Of a stretch of DNA of 54,408 bases, positions 48,861-54,408 are shown in pieces. Position numbers and translations under genes: made by a program. The notes beneath the pieces were generated by a model. It searched no databases. It was not told the origin of the DNA and was given only the letters and a program-made list of their open reading frames with translations. Each line of letters opens with the position of its first letter. Within the stretch, counting starts at the first letter, position 1. The stretch comes from Candidatus Doudnabacteria bacterium (lineage in GTDB: Bacteria; Patescibacteriota; Doudnabacteria; UBA920; O2-02-FULL-48-8): contig JAHFJG010000008.1 of NCBI GenBank assembly GCA_023246005.1, forward strand, positions 1 through 54,408. Direction: 5' to 3'.

Positions 48861-49822
48861 ACAAGCTTAACTAAATTCGGCGGCACTTCGCCCTTAAGCG
48901 CCGCAATAATATTTTCCGCTGCCACCTTGCTCATATTATTTCTGGCTTCGATTGTGGCAGAAGCGGTGTGCGGAGTAATGACAATATTAGGAAGCTCACT
49001 CAAACCAGCAGTTAGTTTCGGCTCAAACTCCCAAACATCGATTCCGGCGCCGAAAATATCGCCTTTTTTCAAAGCTTCCAAAAGCGCTGCTTCATCCACA
49101 ACCGGGCCGCGAGATGTATTCACAAACACTGCGGTTTTTTTCATCATCTCAAATTGCTTGGTAGAAAATAAATGGCGGGTCGAATCAAGCAGCGGCACGT
49201 GGACAGAGATGAAATCAGAAGTTTTCAGGAGCTCATCCATTTCTACATTCTTGGAACCAATTTCTGCGTCCAATTCGGCATTTGGTTTCTGATCATGGTA
49301 TAAAATTCGCATGCTAAATCCTTTGGCCGCGCGTTTGGCGAGCGCGGAACCAATCCGGCCCAGGCCCACTATGCCCAAAGTTTTGCCAAAGACATCTTGG
49401 CCAAGCAAAAGAAACGGCTGCCAGCCCGTGTATTTGCCAGCCCTGGCAAACCGATCAGATTCCGCAATTCTTCTGGCTGCTGCCATCATTAATGCAAAAG
49501 CCTGATCTGCCACAGCATCAGTTAAGACATCTGGAGTATTGGTGATCAAAACACGCCGAGTCTCTGCGTCTTTCAAATTAATGTTATCATAGCCCACAGC
49601 ATAATTAGCTACAACCTTCAGCTGCTTGCCAGCGGCATCCAAAATTTCCTCATCAATCTTATCAGTAAGTTGTGACAAAATCGCCTCCACGCCTGAGACC
49701 TTCTGCTTTAATTCGTCACGCGTTAAGGGTCGGTCAAGTTCTGAAACTTCAACCATATGGCCAGCTTGAGCTAATAAATCCAAACCAACCTGCGGAATTT
49801 TTCTGGTGACAAATACCTTCAT
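48857..49822 (-). CDS. D-isomer-specific 2-hydroxyacid dehydrogenase (glyoxylate/hydroxypyruvate reductase-like)
   Basis: It has an NAD-binding motif (GIVGLGRIGSALAKRA) and a catalytic R..E..H context (NTSRGPVVDE; TPHTAS). Confidence 0.85.
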   Translation of the reverse strand: MKVFVTRKIPQVGLDLLAQAGHMVEVSELDRPLTRDELKQKVSGVEAILSQLTDKIDEEILDAAGKQLKVVANYAVGYDNINLKDAETRRVLITNTPDVLTDAVADQAFALMMAAARRIAESDRFARAGKYTGWQPFLLLGQDVFGKTLGIVGLGRIGSALAKRAAKGFSMRILYHDQKPNAELDAEIGSKNVEMDELLKTSDFISVHVPLLDSTRHLFSTKQFEMMKKTAVFVNTSRGPVVDEAALLEALKKGDIFGAGIDVWEFEPKLTAGLSELPNIVITPHTASATIEARNNMSKVAAENIIAALKGEVPPNLVKLV

Positions 49823-49823
49823 T

Positions 49824-50804
49824 TTATATTTCTTTAGCCCGGAATTTTGGGTGAGTTTTTAAATATCTTTCTATTTGGGGTCTGGTCTGCAGGCCAGCGT
49901 GCGGGCCGACGAATTGCACGACATTACCCCCGTTGATTGTGCCCCAGGCAATCGCGTCACTGATGGGCATGCCATAAAAAATCGCGCCAGTAAAAGCCGT
50001 GGCGTAAGCATCCCCAGCTCCAGTAGCCTCGACATGAGGGCCTTCGTATTCATCTAAATACCAAATCTTGTTTGAACCATTAGAAGCATATGATCCCTGT
50101 CGGCCATCGGTGATAACTGCAATTTTCGCTCCCAATTTGTGCATGCCGTTAAGCAAAGTTTTCACATTTCTCGTGCTTTGTTTTAAAACTAATTGCGCTT
50201 CTTCGCGATTAAGAAACAAAATTTCTGTGCGTTTGTAAATACCTTTGAGTTTGCCAACACCCATGCGCATTTGGAAAGTGCCGGGGTTGAATGATAACTT
50301 TATCTTGGGATTACGATTCAAAAATTTCTCTATCTCTTTATGAAACTTCTCCGTGCCTGCGGCCATGGAGGAAAAATAAATCCATTTTGTATCAAGTTTG
50401 TGAGGAAGTTTATAAGCAAACTTATTGTGCTTAATCAATATTGTCCGCTCGCCTTGAAACGAAAGCACAAAGTGAAAATTGGTCTGGACGCCTTTGTTAA
50501 TATGGATAAACTGGGTGTCAATGCCCTCTTGTTTCAATTCACGAATAATTTTTTGGCCATTTTCGTCACTCCCAACAGATGTGACGAAGGCATCTTTCAA
50601 TCCTAGCCTGGCTGAACCAATGGCGTTGTTCGTGGAATTGCCAGCTGGCAGCATAGTCAGCTTTTCATAAGGCACTTTGTCGGCATAAGATAAGCAAAGC
50701 TGGCAGTTGGTATGGTCAATAGCGCAATGCACCGAAGCTTCATGTAGTTCGATAAACGCATCGATTGTCGTGTCCCCAATCGAAACTATGTCGTATTTGG
50801 CCAT
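49824..50804 (-). CDS. PfkB-family carbohydrate kinase
   Basis: It has the N-terminal motif GDTTIDAF and the C-terminal motif ATGAGDAYATAF (PfkB signature 2). Confidence 0.85.
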   Translation of the reverse strand: MAKYDIVSIGDTTIDAFIELHEASVHCAIDHTNCQLCLSYADKVPYEKLTMLPAGNSTNNAIGSARLGLKDAFVTSVGSDENGQKIIRELKQEGIDTQFIHINKGVQTNFHFVLSFQGERTILIKHNKFAYKLPHKLDTKWIYFSSMAAGTEKFHKEIEKFLNRNPKIKLSFNPGTFQMRMGVGKLKGIYKRTEILFLNREEAQLVLKQSTRNVKTLLNGMHKLGAKIAVITDGRQGSYASNGSNKIWYLDEYEGPHVEATGAGDAYATAFTGAIFYGMPISDAIAWGTINGGNVVQFVGPHAGLQTRPQIERYLKTHPKFRAKEI

Positions 50805-50837
50805 TTTTGTTTCAAAAAATTATGATTTACTGCCTAT

Positions 50838-50866
50838 ATTATAGTGAATTATTAATTTTTTGGCAA
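50838..50866 (-). promoter_or_regulatory. Promoter of the PfkB-kinase operon
   Basis: TTGCCA (50866-61) is followed by a 17-nt spacer and TATAAT (50843-38). Confidence 0.5.
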
Positions 50867-50871
50867 GAAAA

Positions 50872-50894
50872 CAAAAAAAACCTCCGAAGAGGTC
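50872..50894 (-). terminator. Intrinsic terminator after transketolase
   Basis: On the minus strand ACCUC-UUCG-GAGGU is followed by U8. Confidence 0.7.
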
Positions 50895-50906
50895 TTTAAA
50901 ATCAAA

Positions 50907-51902
50907 TTACTTTCGGCTGATTACTTTCTTCACGGCTTCAATGATTCCTTTGCTATCCATTTTCCATTTGGCAATCAGTTCGTTTGGCTCGCCGCTCTCG
51001 CCGAAGTGATCCGGCATGCCGACAAATTCCTGCGGCACGGGAAAGTTGCGTGTCAAAACTTCAGCCACTGCTGATCCCACCCCGCCTTGGACTTGATGTT
51101 CTTCGGCAGATACAAGACAACCGGTTTTTTTTACAGAAGTCGTAATCGTTTGCTCATCAATTGGCTTGACTGACACAATATTGATCACTTCGCACTCGAT
51201 TCCTTCTTTGGCTAGTTCATTGGCCGCTTGAAGAGCATAATAAACTTGGGGACCAGCCGCGGCAATGGTGACATCCTTGCCTTCACGGAACACAAAAGCT
51301 TTGCCAATTTCAAATGGAGTTTCCTCAATTGTAAACTGCGGGGTTTTTTCCCGCGCTAAACGAATGTAAACAGGGCCGTTCATTTTGCCTGCGGCGATGG
51401 TTGCTTTCCTGGCCTCAATCGCATCAGCCGGCACCAGCACAGTCATACGTGGAAGCACACGAGTAATCGCAATGTCTTCCATGGCTTGATGTGTCGCGCC
51501 ATCCGGACCAACGGAAATCCCGGCGTGAGAGCCAATAATTTTGACGTTGTTGCCGCTGTAGCAAATTGAGACGCGAATCTGATCCCAATTGCGGCCAGGT
51601 GAAAACGTGGCGTATGAAGTAATAAACGGAATAAATCCTTCATGCGCTAAACCTGCTCCCAAGCCAGCCAAATTTTGTTCAGCAACACCCACTTCGATGA
51701 ATCTCTCGGGAAAAGCTTTGGCAAATTCTCCCATTTTCGTAGATTCAGTCAGATCGCAACAAAGCCCGACGATCTTGTCGTTTTCTTTGGCCAAAATCAC
51801 CAGACCCTCGCCGTATCCTTTTCGAATCGGTTCTTGCTTGATATCAGAGCCAAATAAATTGTCGACTAATTTAATCGGCATGGAGTTAAGCAGCTTTTCC
51901 AT
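50907..51902 (-). CDS. tkt: Transketolase, C-terminal (pyrimidine-binding) subunit
   Basis: It has the motifs GVAEQNLAG, GPDGATHQ and a C-terminal domain. An alternative start is ATG 51881. Confidence 0.9.
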   Translation of the reverse strand: MEKLLNSMPIKLVDNLFGSDIKQEPIRKGYGEGLVILAKENDKIVGLCCDLTESTKMGEFAKAFPERFIEVGVAEQNLAGLGAGLAHEGFIPFITSYATFSPGRNWDQIRVSICYSGNNVKIIGSHAGISVGPDGATHQAMEDIAITRVLPRMTVLVPADAIEARKATIAAGKMNGPVYIRLAREKTPQFTIEETPFEIGKAFVFREGKDVTIAAAGPQVYYALQAANELAKEGIECEVINIVSVKPIDEQTITTSVKKTGCLVSAEEHQVQGGVGSAVAEVLTRNFPVPQEFVGMPDHFGESGEPNELIAKWKMDSKGIIEAVKKVISRK

Positions 51903-52173
51903 AAAAATTTTGAGTCAATTTATCAGCTTCAATCACAGCCAGTTGGCTTTCTGGATCCAATGAACTAAATTTATCGGGGGTCAAAAGTTGTGTTTCAACC
52001 AAAAAATTATGAACCTTTTCTTGTGCCTTATAAACTTTGGATTCATCTCCTGACAATAAAGCCTCTTCGTATTCTACGTTTAACTTTGACAATTTAAGAA
52101 TTGTTTCATTATGTAGCGGATACTCACTTGGCCTTTCTTCTGGCGGTAAGTAATCTGGACTGACTTTACTCAT
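51886..52173 (-). CDS. Hypothetical 95-aa protein between the two transketolase halves
   Basis: Its ATG overlaps the upstream stop (ATGAGTAA), which suggests translational coupling. The product is acidic and helical. No family was recognised. Confidence 0.5.
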   Translation of the reverse strand: MSKVSPDYLPPEERPSEYPLHNETILKLSKLNVEYEEALLSGDESKVYKAQEKVHNFLVETQLLTPDKFSSLDPESQLAVIEADKLTQNFYGKAA

Positions 52174-53038
52174 GCTCGCTCCTTATCTTCCCTCCCAACG
52201 TTCTTAATTCTTCCAAAGCTTTTTTCGCTTGCTCGTCGTTTGGAGGCACGCCATGCCATTCATATCTGTATTCCATAAAATCCACGCCTTTTCCTGGGAT
52301 AGTGTGGCAAATAATCATAGTTGGTTTTTCGTAAATCGCTTTGGCTTCATTGCACGCGTCAATAATTTCGCGCATATTATGCCCATCAACTTCCAAAACA
52401 TGCCAGCCAAACGCTTCCCATTTCTGTTTGAACGGTTCCAGCGGCATTACGTCTTCTGTGTAGCCGTCAATCTGAATGTTATTGCGATCAATCAAGCCGG
52501 TTAAATTTCGAAGCTTATTTTTGCCAGCAAACATGGCAGCTTCCCAAATTTGGCCTTCTTCCTGTTCGCCATCACTCATGACACAATATACCCGCCACGG
52601 CTCTTTTTTGAGTTTCAAACCGGCATATGCCATGCCAACGGCTTGTGAAAGCCCCTGGCCCAGGGGCCCGGAAGAATTTTCGCCACCAGGCAAAACTTCG
52701 TTGTGAGGATGCCCATGCAATCTAGTTCCTAGTTTTCTCAAAGAAGCCAGTTCTGAAGTTGGAAAAAAGCCGGCGTGCGCCAATGCCGCATACCACACCG
52801 GACAAATATGACCACAAGACAAAACAAACCGGTCGCGCAGCGGCATCTGTGGATTTCTCGCGTCATAATGTAGAATCCCGCCAAAATATAATGCCGTAAA
52901 CACATCAGCCATGCCCAAAGGCCCAGCACTATGGCCGGATTTGGCAGCAAGCAACATTTTAATAATGTCCTGCCTTATTTCATTGGCTTTTTCTTCGAGT
53001 TGTTTAACAGTATATTCCATTTTATGATTCAATATCAA
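52166..53038 (-). CDS. tkt: Transketolase, N-terminal (TPP-binding) subunit
   Basis: It has the motifs SGHSAGPLG, GHPH, GPLGQGL and SDGEQEEG. Confidence 0.9.
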   Translation of the reverse strand: MILNHKMEYTVKQLEEKANEIRQDIIKMLLAAKSGHSAGPLGMADVFTALYFGGILHYDARNPQMPLRDRFVLSCGHICPVWYAALAHAGFFPTSELASLRKLGTRLHGHPHNEVLPGGENSSGPLGQGLSQAVGMAYAGLKLKKEPWRVYCVMSDGEQEEGQIWEAAMFAGKNKLRNLTGLIDRNNIQIDGYTEDVMPLEPFKQKWEAFGWHVLEVDGHNMREIIDACNEAKAIYEKPTMIICHTIPGKGVDFMEYRYEWHGVPPNDEQAKKALEELRTLGGKIRSEHE

Positions 53039-53678
53039 GTTTCAAGGTCTCAATCGCCATCTCTTCGTCTTCTGATCGCAAGATTGCCGAGCCGGCTACT
53101 AAAATATCAGCGCCAACGTTTGCGCATTGCCTGGCGATCCCGACTCTGATCCCGCCATCTACGATAATTATGACATTTTTGCTAAGCGCTCGCAATTCTC
53201 TTATTTTATCAACTGTCGAAGGAATGAATGACCGAGTCTGGAATCCAGGATGAATGCCCATAATCTGAACGATTCCAACTAACGGCAAAAATTTTGCAAT
53301 CAAATGAAGAGGGGTTTCAGGATTAATGGCAATGCCAGGTCGCAATTCCATGGAATCTGCAGTTCTAATAGCGTTTTTAATTTCATCATCACTATTAAAA
53401 GCTTCAAAGTGAAATATGACCCATTTGAATCCTGCGTTTTTCGCATCAGCAAAGTATATCTGCGGATTCAGCGTCATGAGGTGGGCAACTAAGAATAGCG
53501 GAGACGCTTTAAGAAATCCCAAATCCATGGGCATCACTGTTTTGCTTGGTACAAATTCCCCATCGCAAAAATCCACATGGAGCTTGATAAAATAATGACT
53601 CAAAGCAAAAATCCCCGCGTAAGTTTTGCGGAAATCATTGATGTCATTGGTTAGGATAGCTGGTGCGATTTCGGTCAT
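53022..53678 (-). CDS. rpe: Ribulose-phosphate 3-epimerase
   Basis: It has a TIM-barrel RPE pattern (HVDFCDGEFVP, H..M, VDGGI). Confidence 0.88.
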   Translation of the reverse strand: MTEIAPAILTNDINDFRKTYAGIFALSHYFIKLHVDFCDGEFVPSKTVMPMDLGFLKASPLFLVAHLMTLNPQIYFADAKNAGFKWVIFHFEAFNSDDEIKNAIRTADSMELRPGIAINPETPLHLIAKFLPLVGIVQIMGIHPGFQTRSFIPSTVDKIRELRALSKNVIIIVDGGIRVGIARQCANVGADILVAGSAILRSEDEEMAIETLKLDIES

Positions 53679-53738
53679 TGGTTAATATGCTTAAAGCCGA
53701 TCTCGGGAAATGTCAGCTCTTGAATCAGCATCCGAGCG

Positions 53739-54191
53739 TTATAAATTTATATCAATCTTTTTCACTTTATTTACTCTTCTCACAAACCGCTCTTCACCTG
53801 AAGCAAACGGTGTGGTTAAAAATTTATGAACAATGGCTTTGGCGTTATCCAAAGTCACATAGTCTGCTGGCAAACAAACAATATTGGCGTCATCATCATT
53901 GCGCGCCGCATGCGCTGAATGTTCGTTCCATACAAGGGCTGCGCGCGCGCCTTTGGCTTTATTGGCCACAATACACTCGCCTTGACCCGAGCGGCAGGCC
54001 AGAATGCCAAAAGTCCCAGGCTGGCTACCGACTTTCACTGCCACTGGCCAGGCAAAATCGGGATAATCATCGTCTGATTTAAATTCTTTGGCTCCCATGT
54101 CTTCAAACTCAAAATTCCAATCATTAAGCCAGTTTTTTATCTCTTCTTTTAATTTAAATCCGCCGTGATCAGCGCCTAGATATACTTTCAT
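53739..54191 (-). CDS. rpiB: Ribose 5-phosphate isomerase B
   Basis: It has the motifs GADHGGFKLK and ACRSGQGE, and its 150-aa length fits the RpiB/LacAB family. Confidence 0.92.
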   Translation of the reverse strand: MKVYLGADHGGFKLKEEIKNWLNDWNFEFEDMGAKEFKSDDDYPDFAWPVAVKVGSQPGTFGILACRSGQGECIVANKAKGARAALVWNEHSAHAARNDDDANIVCLPADYVTLDNAKAIVHKFLTTPFASGEERFVRRVNKVKKIDINL

Positions 54192-54286
54192 CCCGTTAGA
54201 AATAATGATTAGTTAATTAATAAATATAGTTAAATCTTAAAAAAATATTATTACGATAAAACAAATTATGTAAAATTTCTAACGGG
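54192..54286. repeat. 12-bp long-range inverted repeat enclosing the whole tpiA-rpiB spacer
   Basis: CCCGTTAGAAAT (54192-203) pairs with ATTTCTAACGGG (54275-86) around a 71-nt AT-rich loop. It abuts the rpiB ATG and lies 2 nt from the tpiA stop. Confidence 0.4.
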
Positions 54287-54288
54287 AT

Positions 54289-54408
54289 TCACGTATGATG
54301 AATACTTTCTCTGTTAAATTCTTTCACCACTTCCCAGAAATTTTCTGAATCAAGACTCGCGGCGCCTATCAATGCTCCATCAATTTGCGGAAACCTGGCA
54401 TACTCGCT
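54289..54408 (-). CDS. tpiA: Triosephosphate isomerase (C-terminal 39 codons; 5' end outside window)
   Basis: The frame is open to the window edge. The sequence ...FPQIDGALIGAASLDSENFWEVV is the conserved TIM C-terminus. Confidence 0.8.
   Translation of the reverse strand, partial: SEYARFPQIDGALIGAASLDSENFWEVVKEFNRESIHHT

Noticed and set aside
1-54408. I looked for CRISPR arrays, tRNA or rRNA genes, transposases, integrases and reverse transcriptases (DGR or retron).
   Set aside because: I saw no regularly spaced direct repeats, no tRNA-like T-arm or acceptor pairs, no rRNA-like regions, and no ORF with transposase, integrase or RT motifs. The Cas2-like fold in the two regulators is not accompanied by cas1 or an array.

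Overview
This is a 54.4-kb, gene-dense, low-GC (about 40% by eye) bacterial chromosome segment. Gene content suggests a reduced-genome lineage such as CPR/Patescibacteria; this is inference. The supporting features are a split transketolase, an archaeal-type UMP-kinase-like gene, a minimal glycolysis/pentose-phosphate set, many SD-less or leaderless genes, and small wHTH+Cas2-like regulators.

Backbone genes:
- Left end: MacB-type permease, recR, a RelE/DinJ toxin-antitoxin pair, rplU, and a glycosylation cluster (GT4, GT2, two GT39).
- Middle: HIT, a kinase, ftsQ, then ddpX-ddl-alr-serS-rdgB-lysS, msrA-greA, mntH, mrdA-mreD-mreC-mreB, proS, rseP, frr and holB.
- Right end: a second mreB with murA-murB, rnhA-recJ, and a carbon-metabolism block (gpmI-pgk-gap-fba, 2-hydroxyacid dehydrogenase, PfkB kinase, split tkt, rpe, rpiB, tpiA).
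- From 10.1 kb onward almost everything is on the minus strand.

Features the backbone does not explain:
1. Four + strand cassettes carry five G+C-enriched orphan genes. Each has its own promoter and terminator. Each is wired back-to-back into the -35 region of an essential, mostly leaderless gene (lysS, mntH, proS, holB).
2. Two paralogous wHTH+Cas2-like regulators are each bracketed by direct copies of a CGATCG-centred palindromic operator/promoter unit. They lie immediately 3' of two of the cassettes.
3. A TrpR-like regulator is bracketed by two perfect 30-nt promoter-operator copies, the second of which drives ftsQ.
4. A 0.9-kb noncoding hub (35.23-36.14 kb) holds a ~235-nt structured RNA delimited by a promoter and a terminator. 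It also holds a probable convergent + strand RNA, a DnaA-box-like cluster, and one of two copies of a ~145-nt palindromic element that shows compensatory changes.

I recognised no rRNA, tRNA, CRISPR array, transposase or integrase. All motif calls were made by eye and no searches were run.
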